Notes: a model not told the origin generated them from the sequence alone. A DNA stretch of 57,056 nt from Pseudomonadota bacterium (GCA_039189975.1 JBCCYI010000001.1:1-57056), one strand, 5' to 3'. Positions 17,977 to 28,520 are shown, numbered from the stretch's first letter. Program-made: numbers and translations.

Positions 17977-19191
17977 ATGAACTCCTTTCTCCAAGCGCTT
18001 ACACTCAGTGCTGGCTATAACGCCGCTCTGGTCGCGATTGGGGCGGCGCTTTTGGGTTTTGCTTGCGGCACGTCGGGTACATTCCTGTTCCTGCGCAAGC
18101 GCGCGCTCGTTTCGGACGCCGTGGCCCATGCGACGCTGCCAGGTGTCGGTCTTGCGTTCCTTGTCATGGTTGCAATGGGCGGGGAGGGGCGCAACATCCT
18201 GGGCCTTCTGCTCGGCTCAGCTCTGACGGCGACGCTCGGGCTCGTCCTGATTTCCTGGATGACGCAGCGCACGCGCCTCTCCGAAGATGCCGCAATCGGC
18301 GCCGTTCTGGGCAGTTTCTTTGGCTTTGGCATCGTATTGCTCACCATCGTCCAGACCATGTCGGCCGGGCGGCAAGCCGGGCTTGAGGATTTTCTGCTCG
18401 GGGCCACCGCCGGCATGCTCTTTCAGGATGCCGTTGTGATCGCCCTTGGCGGTGGGCTCGCGGTTCTTGCCACCTGGGTTTTTCGACGCCCCATGACGAT
18501 GGTTGCATTCGACGCCGATTATGCCGCCGCGCTGGGCTACGATGTGCGCAAGATCGACCTGGCGATCATGGGGCTTGTCATGGCTGTCACCGTCATCGGC
18601 CTTAAGCTTGTCGGGCTCGTGCTGATCGTTGCGATGCTCATCATACCCCCCGTCACCGCTCGCTTCTGGACCGAGCGCAGCGGACACGTCCTTTGGTGGG
18701 CGGGCGCGTTAGGGGCAGTATCTGGCTATGTCGGGGCAGCGCTCTCGGCCTCTGCACCCGCGTTGCCGACGGGGCCGATCATCGTCCTTGTGGCTTCGGG
18801 CCTCTTCTTCGTCTCGCTCCTTCTGGCTCCGGCCCGTGGGGTGGCGGCGGCCGTCGTGCGCCACTGGCGCTTTCAGCGTCGGGTTCATCGCCGGCAGGGT
18901 CTGCTGGCGCTTGCACGGGGGGAGACGATCCACGACCCGCTCACCCTGCGGGTGCTCCGGTCAGAGGGGCTGATCCGTCCCGATGGCGTGACCACCCCCG
19001 ACGGTGAGGCCGTGGCCGCCAAGATCGCCCGCGACGAGCGCCGCTGGGACGTGGCCCGCGAGGTCCACCACGACACGGGGCTTGCAGGCCGGTACGATGG
19101 GCTGACCCCGATCGAAGACGTTTTCACTCCCGACGAAATCAAGGCTTTCGACGCAGCACTTGGCGGCCCCAGCCCCGTGGCGGAGGGATAG
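17977..19191 (+). CDS. Metal ABC transporter permease with a C-terminal DtxR-like extension
   Basis: ALVSDAVAHATLPG ABC-3 motif and a soluble ~100-aa tail. Confidence 0.92.
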   Translation: MNSFLQALTLSAGYNAALVAIGAALLGFACGTSGTFLFLRKRALVSDAVAHATLPGVGLAFLVMVAMGGEGRNILGLLLGSALTATLGLVLISWMTQRTRLSEDAAIGAVLGSFFGFGIVLLTIVQTMSAGRQAGLEDFLLGATAGMLFQDAVVIALGGGLAVLATWVFRRPMTMVAFDADYAAALGYDVRKIDLAIMGLVMAVTVIGLKLVGLVLIVAMLIIPPVTARFWTERSGHVLWWAGALGAVSGYVGAALSASAPALPTGPIIVLVASGLFFVSLLLAPARGVAAAVVRHWRFQRRVHRRQGLLALARGETIHDPLTLRVLRSEGLIRPDGVTTPDGEAVAAKIARDERRWDVAREVHHDTGLAGRYDGLTPIEDVFTPDEIKAFDAALGGPSPVAEG

Positions 19192-19194
19192 GAC

Positions 19195-20130
19195 ATGGGT
19201 GCGGAGTTTGTTCAGTTTTCCCTGACGCCCATCCTGATCGGCTGCCTGGCGTCGATTGCCTGTGCCTTGCCTGGCAACTTTCTGGTGCTGCGGCGCCAGG
19301 CGCTTATTGGGGATGCCATCAGCCATGTGGTCCTTCCCGGCATCGTCTTGGCCTTCCTTGTGACGGGCACGGTCGCTGCCACGCCCATGCTCCTCGGGGC
19401 CGCTGCCGCCGCCGTCGTGGCCGTTCTTCTGATCGAGGCGATCAAGCGCCTTGGGCGGATCGAGCCCGGAGCAGCAATGGGGGTGTCCTTTACGTTTCTC
19501 TTCGCGCTGGGCGTGCTCATTCTGGAACGCACCGAGACGTCGGGCGTCCACCTCGATGTCGAGCACGCCCTTATGGGCAATCTCGAAAGCCTGATTTGGT
19601 TCGACGCTGCGGGATGGCATAGCCTGTGGGACCCTGCCGCCCTCGCGACCCTGCCGGACGAACTGGGCCGCCTCGCTGTCGTCACGGCGGGGGTCGCCGG
19701 GTTGACATGGCTCTTCTGGCGCCCTCTCGCGATCTCGACCTTCGATGAGGAGTTCGCCCGCGGGCTTGGACTGCCGGTCGGCGCAATTGGGTTTGGCCTC
19801 GTTGTGGTGGCCGCTCTCGCAGCCGTTGCAGCCTTTGATGCGGTCGGCTCGATTATCGTGATCGCGATGTTTATCTGTCCGCCGGCTGCCGCACGGCTCA
19901 TGACGAACTGTCTCGGCCGTCAGGTGGCTTGGAGCATTGCTTTTGCTGTGCTGTCTTCCGTCCTTGGCTACGTGCTTGCGGGCTACGGTCCGATCTGGCT
20001 CGGCGGGCGGGACGCGGTCAGCGCTGCGGGCATGATTGCGACGGTCTCAGGCCTAATCCTCGGTGCAGCTTGCGTGTTCGGACCCTGCCGTGCGCGGCTG
20101 GGCGAGGCCCGCGCGCCGCAACGCAGCTAG
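19195..20130 (+). CDS. Metal ABC transporter permease
   Basis: ALIGDAISHVVLPG, HLDVEHALMG. Confidence 0.92.
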   Translation: MGAEFVQFSLTPILIGCLASIACALPGNFLVLRRQALIGDAISHVVLPGIVLAFLVTGTVAATPMLLGAAAAAVVAVLLIEAIKRLGRIEPGAAMGVSFTFLFALGVLILERTETSGVHLDVEHALMGNLESLIWFDAAGWHSLWDPAALATLPDELGRLAVVTAGVAGLTWLFWRPLAISTFDEEFARGLGLPVGAIGFGLVVVAALAAVAAFDAVGSIIVIAMFICPPAAARLMTNCLGRQVAWSIAFAVLSSVLGYVLAGYGPIWLGGRDAVSAAGMIATVSGLILGAACVFGPCRARLGEARAPQRS

Positions 20131-20600
20131 CACCCTCAGTTAAAGCCAGCACCATGTTGCGCCCGGACGTGGACCCGCCGACGGAGGATCTGTTCGTGAT
20201 TGGCGCGGCGTCCGATGTCTTCTGGTCCGGTGTCGTCCTCCGTGCCAACGCCGCGTGATCGGAGCCGGTATCTTGCTCCCGTCCGATCTCGTCGTGTGAA
20301 GGCCTCAACGCCGCTCATTCCCGGCCGGTCGTGGAGTGTGCCCGAGCGACGCCGGATGGAGGCAATGCCACCGGCGCTGAGGGTCGACGTGCGCGGGGCT
20401 CCAACGCCTCGAAGATCCCCCCGCCACCTGACGTGCGGATGGGGCGCCCTCGCGGTGAGCCGGGCAGCTCGAAAACAGGCATTGAACGCCTTTCTTCTTG
20501 AGCGGAAGCGTGATCCGGGGGGCTGGGGGCAACGGCCACTGGCGCCCGCGTCTCCAAATTGCCAGTTTTGCCGCCTAGCCTCTCGTTACTTTGGGAAGGG

Positions 20601-22118
20601 ATGATGACCATGCCTGATACGTCTCGGTCGCAGGTCCGCGTTGGGCTCATCCTACCCCCGGCGGGCGCGGTCCGTGGGGCCATGCGCGGTGCGGTCGGGC
20701 TCGCACATTGGGTCGTGGCGCATCCGCAACTGCAGTTGGTCGGGCTGGAGGAAACGCCGGTTGCAAGGGCAAACGCACTGGCAGACCGGCTGGTGCGTCT
20801 GGAGGCGCGTCTTCGGCCCGGTCCTCCGCCGGGTGATTTGCCCGCGACCGAGGACACGGGCGCTCCGGATGTGGTCGTAGATCTGTCGGACGGAACGCCG
20901 AACAAAGGAGAGGTACCGCCACTCGGAGTGTGGCATCTTACGGCCAGCCAGGCTGATGCCGCGATCCGACCCTTGGCGACCGGTGCAGCCGCCACTGAGG
21001 TGACCCTCCTGTGCACGCGCGCCGACGCAACGACGTGTCTGGCACGCGCACGCTACAGTCCCAAGCCGACGGCCGGACTCAATGCGAGCTTCATCGCGGA
21101 GAAGGCCGTGCTTCTGGTGATGCGTGCCCTCGCGGAGGTTGCTCTGACGGGCGCGTTGCCGTCGGCCCAAAACGCGGGGGGGGCGCCGCCCGCCGCGCCG
21201 TCTCTTCTACGCTATGTGATCGGCCTCGGGCCCACGCTTTTCCGGCGCGCCTCGACCCGGGTGGCGCAGACGGTGGGATGGCAGCCAGGTGTCTTTGCGA
21301 TGCGGCTTTGCCCAGGTGGACCGTTCGATTTCGACCCAAAAGTCGGTACGACACTGGTCCCGCCCCAGGGTCGGTTTTGGGCCGACCCATTCCTCGTTAG
21401 CCGTGCAGGGGAGGAGTATCTCTTTTACGAAGAGTTTCATGAAGCGACCCAACGCGGGGTGCTGAAGGTGGCGCGGCTCCGAGGCGACCGCATGGAAGAA
21501 CTGGGTGAGACCGTCACGCGCCCGCACCACCTATCGTTTCCTTTTGTTTTCGATGCACAAGGCGCGCATTGGATGCTTCCCGAGACCTCGCGCGGAGGAC
21601 GTGTCGAGGTCTGGCGTGCGGTTGACTTCCCTTTGAGGTGGGAGCTCGCGGCGACCGCAATGGACGGGCGTGCTCCGGCGGATGCGGTCCTGGCGGAGGT
21701 CGAGGGCGCGTGGTGGCTTTTCGCCCATTTCGCTCAGGACGCGACGCGTGACTATTGCTCGGAGCTGCATGTGTTTCGCGTCGACGGCCCGCTTCTGCGT
21801 CGGATCGAGCCGCATCCGCTCAACCCGGTCGTCATCGACAGCCGCACGGCGCGTGCCGGTGGGCGCGTCTGGTCCGAGGGCGGACGGCTCTTTCGAGCCA
21901 GCCAGGACAACGCGCACGGGGTCTATGGTTGGGGCCTCAACATCATGGAGATCACGCGGCTTGATTTGCGTGGCTACGCCGAGCGGCCCGTCCGCCATAT
22001 TGGGCCGGGTTTTCTACCGGGGGTGATGGGGTGCCATCACATGGACTTTGTTGCGGGGCGGGTCGTGATCGACATGCGTTATCTGTCGGCACGCGCTGCG
22101 CGTCACTCAGAGAGATGA
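20601..22118 (+). CDS. GINT1-N-like beta-propeller protein, probably polysaccharide-related
   Basis: FWADPF, YLFYEE, HHLSFPFVF, WMLPET, HPLNPV, RASQD...YGWGL, CHH motifs. Confidence 0.7.
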   Translation: MMTMPDTSRSQVRVGLILPPAGAVRGAMRGAVGLAHWVVAHPQLQLVGLEETPVARANALADRLVRLEARLRPGPPPGDLPATEDTGAPDVVVDLSDGTPNKGEVPPLGVWHLTASQADAAIRPLATGAAATEVTLLCTRADATTCLARARYSPKPTAGLNASFIAEKAVLLVMRALAEVALTGALPSAQNAGGAPPAAPSLLRYVIGLGPTLFRRASTRVAQTVGWQPGVFAMRLCPGGPFDFDPKVGTTLVPPQGRFWADPFLVSRAGEEYLFYEEFHEATQRGVLKVARLRGDRMEELGETVTRPHHLSFPFVFDAQGAHWMLPETSRGGRVEVWRAVDFPLRWELAATAMDGRAPADAVLAEVEGAWWLFAHFAQDATRDYCSELHVFRVDGPLLRRIEPHPLNPVVIDSRTARAGGRVWSEGGRLFRASQDNAHGVYGWGLNIMEITRLDLRGYAERPVRHIGPGFLPGVMGCHHMDFVAGRVVIDMRYLSARAARHSER

Positions 22119-22180
22119 GGGGGCTGTCTGCCCCCACGCGCTGCGCGCGCCCCCCGAGGATATTGGTGGCACAATGAAGC
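22119..22180. repeat. REP-like palindromic element between convergent genes
   Basis: GGGGGC-tgtct-GCCCCC hairpin followed by CCCCCGAGGATATT...ATGAAG, resembling the intergenic repeat I recognise from Rhodobacteraceae. Possible degenerate inverted copy at ~20491-20537. Confidence 0.5.
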
Positions 22181-22205
22181 AGGGGCGAGGGTGCTTTGGC
22201 GCGGA

Positions 22206-22796
22206 TTAGTCGCGCAGTTCGTTTGGGAAAACGCCCCATAAGGCGGACTTGCGCACCCAACCGCGCTCACCCCCGGCATGAATCCTGCACCAGTCCGGCA
22301 AGCAGCTTCCCAGGCGGGCCACCACGCCGGCTTCAGCGCGTGCGGAAACTCTCGCATCCTCATGGGGTTGTTGCCGCATGGCGACCATGTCTTCCTCGAC
22401 GAGGACCGTGCGCACGCCAGAGAGGAGCGCGTAGTGGATCCAGCCGCCAGCGCCTTCACGGTCGCGAACGCGGCGCCAGTGGCCGAATTCTGCCGTGATC
22501 TGAAGGGGCATCGCGCGGCGCTTGTAGACCCAATCTATGCGGTGGGAGAGCGCGGGACCGCGGCGGGCGTTGCCTTCGTCGCTTTTGAGGCTGACATACC
22601 GTGGGAGGGGAAGGTTTGTAACCGCGCCACGGGTGGCCGTGGCGCCGGGCGCCAGATCTTCCGCCGGGGCGGCGACGGCAAGGCTGAGCAGGAGCAGCAT
22701 CGCGATGGCGCTGCGAAGGGCACCGGTGCCAAAGGGCTTGCGGGTGCGGGGGAGGCAGAACGGCTGGGCCGTTCGCCCGGCGGGGCGGTCCATCAT
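22206..22796 (-). CDS. Bacterial SH3-domain protein (DUF1058-like)
   Basis: GAVTNLPLPRYVSLK, NARRGP, WRRVRDREGAGGW, GWVRKSALWGV. Start uncertain. Confidence 0.88.
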   Translation of the reverse strand: MMDRPAGRTAQPFCLPRTRKPFGTGALRSAIAMLLLLSLAVAAPAEDLAPGATATRGAVTNLPLPRYVSLKSDEGNARRGPALSHRIDWVYKRRAMPLQITAEFGHWRRVRDREGAGGWIHYALLSGVRTVLVEEDMVAMRQQPHEDARVSARAEAGVVARLGSCLPDWCRIHAGGERGWVRKSALWGVFPNELRD

Positions 22797-22902
22797 AGCG
22801 GGGGCTCGACGTTGCTCATGCGTGAGGGCGCTTGTTCCCGCGCCCGGTTGGCTGCAATGTGCCAGCCGAGAGCAGGCCGGAAAAGATCGAGGGAGGGGTG
22901 GG

Positions 22903-23889
22903 ATGGCATCTCAGCGCCTGAGTGTTGTCGTAACGCGACGCTTGCCGGAGAGGGTAGAGACGCGGCTTTCGGAGCTGTTCGACGTTACCCTTCGCGAGGA
23001 GGATACGCCCATGGGGCGCGCGGGGTTGATCGCGGCGATGGCGGAGGCGGACGTGCTGGTGCCCACGATCACAGACAAGATCGACGCCGGTATGCTCGGG
23101 CAGGCGGGCGAGCGGCTCAAGCTCATCGCGAATTACGGCTCAGGCGTCGACAACGTGGACGTTGCCACGGCGCGACAACGCGGGATTCTGGTGTCGAACA
23201 CGCCGGGCTCCACCACCGACGATACGGCCGACATGGTCATGGGGCTGATCCTTGCGGTGACGCGGAAGATCCCGGAGGGTCTTGCCGCGATGCAGTCGGG
23301 TGACTGGGATGGCTGGGCTCCCACGGCGTTTCTGGGTGGGCGAATCGCGGGGCGACGGCTGGGAATTCTCGGGATGGGCCGGATCGGCCAGGCGGTTGCG
23401 AGACGGGCCGGGGCCTTTGGGATGCAGGTGCATTACCACAACAGGCGGCGTTTGCGTCCGGAGATCGAAGAGCACTTCGAGGCGACCTATTGGGAGAGCC
23501 TGGACCAGATGGTCGCCCGGATGGATGTGATCTCGGTGAATTGTCCGCACACGCCCTCGACCTTTCATCTGATGAATGCGCGGCGGCTGAAACTGATGAA
23601 GCCGGATGCCGTGCTGGTGAACACCTCACGGGGCGAAGTCGTCGACGAGAATGCGCTGACCCGGATGTTGCGAGCCGGCGAGATCGGCGGGGCCGGACTC
23701 GACGTTTATGAGCACGGCACGGATGTGAACCCGCGTCTGCGCGAGTTGCCCAACGTGGTTTTGCTGCCTCACATGGGCTCTGCGACACGGGAGGGCCGTG
23801 TCGAGATGGGCGAAAAGGTCATCATCAACGTCAAGACATTCGCCGACGGTCATCGTCCGCCGGATCTCGTTGTGCCATCGATGCTGTGA
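22903..23889 (+). CDS. D-2-hydroxyacid dehydrogenase (glyoxylate/hydroxypyruvate reductase-like)
   Basis: GILGMGRIG, NTSRGEVVDE, AGLDVYE, LPHMGSAT. Confidence 0.93.
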   Translation: MASQRLSVVVTRRLPERVETRLSELFDVTLREEDTPMGRAGLIAAMAEADVLVPTITDKIDAGMLGQAGERLKLIANYGSGVDNVDVATARQRGILVSNTPGSTTDDTADMVMGLILAVTRKIPEGLAAMQSGDWDGWAPTAFLGGRIAGRRLGILGMGRIGQAVARRAGAFGMQVHYHNRRRLRPEIEEHFEATYWESLDQMVARMDVISVNCPHTPSTFHLMNARRLKLMKPDAVLVNTSRGEVVDENALTRMLRAGEIGGAGLDVYEHGTDVNPRLRELPNVVLLPHMGSATREGRVEMGEKVIINVKTFADGHRPPDLVVPSML

Positions 23890-24082
23890 GCGGGGGAAAC
23901 TCCTGACATTGCGGCGATCTGCGTAGGAATTGCGCGCATAGCGCGTCCGTTATGGCAGCGTCAGGGGTGCGGGCGCGTGATGGCTTGCGCTTTCTTGAGG
24001 TGCAGTGCAGACTTTCGTCCAGCTTGGATAACCGGGCACAGAGCGGCGGAGAGACGCCGACGGGATGATGGGAGGACGATAC

Positions 24083-25063
24083 ATGACATTTAACATGACC
24101 CGGCGGGTCGTGGCGGCTGCGGCTGCCTCTGTGCTGGCCGTTGGGGTGCCTGCATTTGCGGACGGCCACAAGGTCGTTGACGAGATCCACTTCCTAGTGC
24201 CGGGCGGCGCAGGCGGTGGCTGGGACGGCACGGCGCGCGGCACGGGCGAGGCGCTGACCGAGTCAGGTCTCGTGGGCAATGCGTCTTACGAGAACATGTC
24301 CGGCGGCGGCGGCGGTGTGGCCATCGGCTATATGATCGAAAACGCGGAAAGCCTGCACAACACGCTTATGGTGAATTCCACGCCGATCGTGATCCGCTCG
24401 CTGACGGGCGTATTCCCGCAGAGCTTCCGCGATCTGACGCTTGTTGCAGGCACGATTGGCGACTATGCGGCGATGGTCGTACCCACCGACAGCAGCGTGA
24501 CGTCGATGGAAGAGCTCCTTGCCGCGTATAAGGAACAGGGCGATGACTTTGCCGTCGGCGGCGGCTCTGTGCCCGGCGGGATGGACCATCTCGTGGCAGC
24601 CATGGTGATGCAGGCAGCCGGCGAGGATCCGACGGCCGTCAACTACATTCCCTACGACGCGGGTGGCGAGGCCATGGCGGGCCTCCTGTCGGGCGAGATC
24701 GACGCTCTGTCCACCGGGTTTTCCGAGGCCATCGCGCTCGCTGAGCAGGGCGAAGTGCGGATCCTGGGTGTGACGGCTCCGGAGCGTGTCGCGGGCTATG
24801 ATGCACCGACGATGATGGAGCAAGGTCTCGACACCACATTCGTCAACTGGCGTGGGTTCTTCGCGGCGCCGGGCCTGCCCGAGGACAAGCTGGCGATGTA
24901 CCAGGATGCGCTGAGCAAGATGTACGACACCGACGCTTGGGAAACCGTACGCGCGCGCAACGGTTGGGTGAACATCCACAATTCGGGTGACGCCTTCCGT
25001 GCCTTCCTGGAAGAGCAGGAAAAGCAGATCGGCGATCTGATGCGGACGCTCGGGTTCCTCTGA
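24083..25063 (+). CDS. tctC: Tripartite tricarboxylate transporter substrate-binding protein
   Basis: VPGGAGGGWD, ENMSGGGG, NWRGFFAAPG. Signal peptide. Confidence 0.92.
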   Translation: MTFNMTRRVVAAAAASVLAVGVPAFADGHKVVDEIHFLVPGGAGGGWDGTARGTGEALTESGLVGNASYENMSGGGGGVAIGYMIENAESLHNTLMVNSTPIVIRSLTGVFPQSFRDLTLVAGTIGDYAAMVVPTDSSVTSMEELLAAYKEQGDDFAVGGGSVPGGMDHLVAAMVMQAAGEDPTAVNYIPYDAGGEAMAGLLSGEIDALSTGFSEAIALAEQGEVRILGVTAPERVAGYDAPTMMEQGLDTTFVNWRGFFAAPGLPEDKLAMYQDALSKMYDTDAWETVRARNGWVNIHNSGDAFRAFLEEQEKQIGDLMRTLGFL

Positions 25064-25176
25064 GTTCGCCTCGCTCGGGCGCGCCACGGTGCGCCCGGGT
25101 TCGCGGGTGTTCGCCCACATGTTGTGCCACAGGTTCCCTCAAGAGAGCCGCGGGCACCCAAGTCCGGGAGGGGGCC

Positions 25177-25665
25177 ATGGCGCTGGATCGCTGGATCGCG
25201 CTCGTTTTTATCGCATTCTGCTGTGTTTATGGCTACGCGGCATTCTTCACCATGGATCAGCTGCTGCCACCCTTTATGCAGCGCAATCCTGTCTGGCCTT
25301 CGACGTTTCCCAAGATCCTGTCCATTATGGGTGTCGTGGTGGGCCTGATCGTGCTCCTCGGCCTGGAGAGTTCCGGCGCGGAGAAGGAAAAAAGCGCGAC
25401 CGACATGAACCTGGCCAACCTGCACGAGTACAAGCTCGGGCAAGCTGGACTGCTCCTTCTGGCGATGGTGCTCTATGCCCTTGCGCTTCGCCCCGTTGGA
25501 TTCATCGCGTCGACGACCCTGTTCCTGACAGCCGGTGCGGTCGTCCTGGGTGAACGGAAGTTCCACATTCTGATCCCTGTTGCCCTCGTTGCGGCCGGGG
25601 CGGTTTGGTATCTCGTGGAGGAGGTGCTTGGCATCTTTCTGCGGCCGCTGCCTGGTTTCATGTGA
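25177..25665 (+). CDS. tctB: Tripartite tricarboxylate transporter small permease
   Basis: PSTFP, GFIAST, multiple TM segments, lies between tctC and tctA. Confidence 0.88.
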   Translation: MALDRWIALVFIAFCCVYGYAAFFTMDQLLPPFMQRNPVWPSTFPKILSIMGVVVGLIVLLGLESSGAEKEKSATDMNLANLHEYKLGQAGLLLLAMVLYALALRPVGFIASTTLFLTAGAVVLGERKFHILIPVALVAAGAVWYLVEEVLGIFLRPLPGFM

Positions 25666-25677
25666 GGAGGCGCAACG

Positions 25678-27198
25678 ATGCTTGAAGGTTTCCTGATCGG
25701 TCTTTCGGCGGCGATGACGCCAATGAACCTGATGATGGTCGTCGGTGGCTGTCTGATTGGTACGTTCATCGGCATGCTGCCCGGCCTTGGCCCGATGTCG
25801 ATCATTGCCATCATGATCCCGGTCGCCATCACCCTTGGCGATCCCACGGCGGCTCTGATCCTGCTCGCGGGCGTCTACTATGGTGCAATCTTCGGCGGCT
25901 CGACCTCGTCGATCCTACTCAATGCACCGGGTGTCGCAGGCACTGTGGCCACCAGTTTCGACGGCTACCCCATGGCCCGCAAAGGCCAGGCGGGCAAGGC
26001 GCTCACCATCGCCGCGATCGCGAGTTTCGCCGGTGGGACCCTTGGCGCCGTGCTCCTGATGATCTTTGCGCCGGCACTCTCAACAGTCGCGCTGCTCTTT
26101 CACTCTGCTGAATACTTCGCGTTGATGGTCGTCGGCCTGTCGGCGATCGCGGCGTTCGCGGGCACCGGCCAAGTCGCCAAGGCGCTGATGATGACAATCC
26201 TGGGCCTCATCCTCGCGACCGTCGGCGAAGGCGCGCTCTTTAACATGCCGCGTTTCACGATGGGCCTGATGGATCTACAATCGGGCATTTCGTTCATCAC
26301 GCTTGCAATGGCGATGTTTGCCCTGCCTGAAGCGCTCTTCTTGGTGATGAATCCGGCGCGCGGGGCAGCAACCCAAAGCGGTGGGTCCAAGATCACGAAC
26401 CTGCGCATCACCAGACAGGAGGCCAGGGCCATCGCTCCGGTGATCGGGCGGCAGTCGGTACAAGGGTTCTTCATCGGTGTGTTGCCGGGGGCAGGGGCCA
26501 CGATCGCCTCCTTCCTCGGCTATGCCGTGGAGCGCAACATTGCGAAAGGGGAAGAGCAGGCGGAATTCGGGAAGGGCTCCGTGAAGGGCCTTGCCGCCCC
26601 GGAGTCGGCAAACAACGCGGCGTGCACCGGCTCCTTCGTGCCCCTTTTGACCCTCGGCATCCCGGGCTCGGGCACGACGGCGATCCTGCTGGGCGCCCTT
26701 ATTGCGCTGAACGTCACGCCCGGGCCACGGCTGATGACGGACGAGCCGCAGGTCTTCTGGGCGGTCATCATCTCGATGTACATCGGTAACCTGATCCTGC
26801 TGATCCTGAACCTGCCGCTCATTCCCTACATCGCGAAGATCCTCGCGATCCCGCGCAACTATCTGATCCCGTTCATCCTCTTCTTCACTCTGATGGGCGC
26901 CTATATCGGACAGAACAACGCGACGGAGCTTCTGATCCTCGTTGGCCTGGGCGTACTGGCCACGATCCTGCGCTTTGCCGACTACCCGCTGGCGCCGCTC
27001 CTGATCGGCTTCATCCTCGGCACGATGCTGGAGGACAATTTCGCGCGGTCCATGCAGCTTTACCGCGGGCTGGACTTCATCATTGAACGGCCCATGACGC
27101 TTGCGATGCTCGTGCTGGCCGCTCTGCTGGTGCTGCTGCCGAGCTACCGTTCGCGGCGCGCGCGCAAGCGCGCCGAAGGCGTGGCCGATGGGGACTGA
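25678..27198 (+). CDS. tctA: Tripartite tricarboxylate transporter large permease
   Basis: GMLPGLG, FDGYPMA, APESANNA, PLLTLGIPGS. Confidence 0.95.
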   Translation: MLEGFLIGLSAAMTPMNLMMVVGGCLIGTFIGMLPGLGPMSIIAIMIPVAITLGDPTAALILLAGVYYGAIFGGSTSSILLNAPGVAGTVATSFDGYPMARKGQAGKALTIAAIASFAGGTLGAVLLMIFAPALSTVALLFHSAEYFALMVVGLSAIAAFAGTGQVAKALMMTILGLILATVGEGALFNMPRFTMGLMDLQSGISFITLAMAMFALPEALFLVMNPARGAATQSGGSKITNLRITRQEARAIAPVIGRQSVQGFFIGVLPGAGATIASFLGYAVERNIAKGEEQAEFGKGSVKGLAAPESANNAACTGSFVPLLTLGIPGSGTTAILLGALIALNVTPGPRLMTDEPQVFWAVIISMYIGNLILLILNLPLIPYIAKILAIPRNYLIPFILFFTLMGAYIGQNNATELLILVGLGVLATILRFADYPLAPLLIGFILGTMLEDNFARSMQLYRGLDFIIERPMTLAMLVLAALLVLLPSYRSRRARKRAEGVADGD

Positions 27199-27209
27199 GC
27201 GGCGTCGCA

Positions 27210-28439
27210 ATGTCTGAGCCGGGCGCGGAGCAAAGCTCCGCGCGGACGGCGCCCCTGGCAGGCGTGCGTGTTCTGGATCTCACCAATGTGCTGGCCGGAC
27301 CCTTTGCATGCCACCAGCTCGCGCATATGGGCGCGGATGTGCTTAAGGTCGAGGCGGTCGGGCGCGGCGATCTTGCCCGAAACCTCGGCGCGGATGCGGA
27401 TCTTTCGGCCAAGGGCATGGGTGTCAGCTTTCTCGCTCAGAACGCGGGCAAGCGCTCCATCGCGCTGAACCTCAAACACCCGGAGGGGAAAGCCGCGCTC
27501 CTCCGTCTCGTCGATACGGCCGATGTGCTTGTTGAGAACTTTCGCCCGGGTGTGATGGAGCGCCTTGGCCTTGGCCACCAGGTGCTGCGCGCACGCCGTC
27601 CTCAGCTGATTTATTGCGCGATCTCCGGCTACGGCCAGACCGGACCATGGACCGATCGCCCCGCCTACGACCAGATCGTTCAGGGCGCGGCAGGGGTCAT
27701 GTCCATCACAGGCGATGCCGGGACCGGGCCAACGCGTGTCGGTTATCCGCTGGCAGACACCGTCGGCGGCCTGACCGCAGCGATGGCGATTTGCGGGGCT
27801 CTCAATGCACCGGAGCGTGGGGGTTTCATCGACGTCTCCATGCTGGAGTCTGTGCTGGCGACCATGGGTTGGGTCGTTTCGAACCATCTCGTGGCTGGGG
27901 TGGAGCCTGCGCCGCAGGGCAACGAGAACCCGACCTCCGCACCTTCCGGGACGTTCCAATGTGCCGACGGTCCGCTCAACATCGCCGCTAATCGAGATAC
28001 GCAATGGGAGGCGCTAGCGCACCATCTGGGGCGCGACGATCTGCTGGAGAACCCGGACTACGCCACCCGTGAGGATCGCAAGCGCAACCGCGCACGCCTG
28101 CGGGCCGAGCTGGAGACCGTGCTGCAGACCCGCAATGCCCGGGACTGGGCGCGGGAGCTGTGTGCCATTGGCGTGCCGGCCGGTGCGGTTATGACAGTGC
28201 CCGAAATCCTGGACCACCCGCAGGTCGCAGATCGCAGCTTTCTGGCGCATTTCCAAGAGGTTACCGGGGTTGGTCGACCGGTTGATCTCGTTCGGACTGG
28301 CTATCAGATAGACGGCGTGCGCCCCAGCGTCGATTCACCGCCCCCCGCCCTTGGCAGTGACACGGACGCGACGCTCCAGCAACTCGGGTATTCAAGGGAT
28401 CAGATCGCAGCCCTGCGCGCGGAGGGCGCTGTTGGCTGA
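27210..28439 (+). CDS. CaiB/BaiF family (class III) CoA-transferase
   Basis: PLAGVRVLDL, NAGKRS, ENFRPG, ISGYGQTGP, AYD. Confidence 0.93.
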   Translation: MSEPGAEQSSARTAPLAGVRVLDLTNVLAGPFACHQLAHMGADVLKVEAVGRGDLARNLGADADLSAKGMGVSFLAQNAGKRSIALNLKHPEGKAALLRLVDTADVLVENFRPGVMERLGLGHQVLRARRPQLIYCAISGYGQTGPWTDRPAYDQIVQGAAGVMSITGDAGTGPTRVGYPLADTVGGLTAAMAICGALNAPERGGFIDVSMLESVLATMGWVVSNHLVAGVEPAPQGNENPTSAPSGTFQCADGPLNIAANRDTQWEALAHHLGRDDLLENPDYATREDRKRNRARLRAELETVLQTRNARDWARELCAIGVPAGAVMTVPEILDHPQVADRSFLAHFQEVTGVGRPVDLVRTGYQIDGVRPSVDSPPPALGSDTDATLQQLGYSRDQIAALRAEGAVG

Positions 28440-28520
28440 CGTCGCCAGAAGCCTAGGGCGTAAGCGCTCAGGTCACGTGTCTCCGCAAAGCCCTTCCCAG
28501 GTAGAGGCATCGCGCACGGC

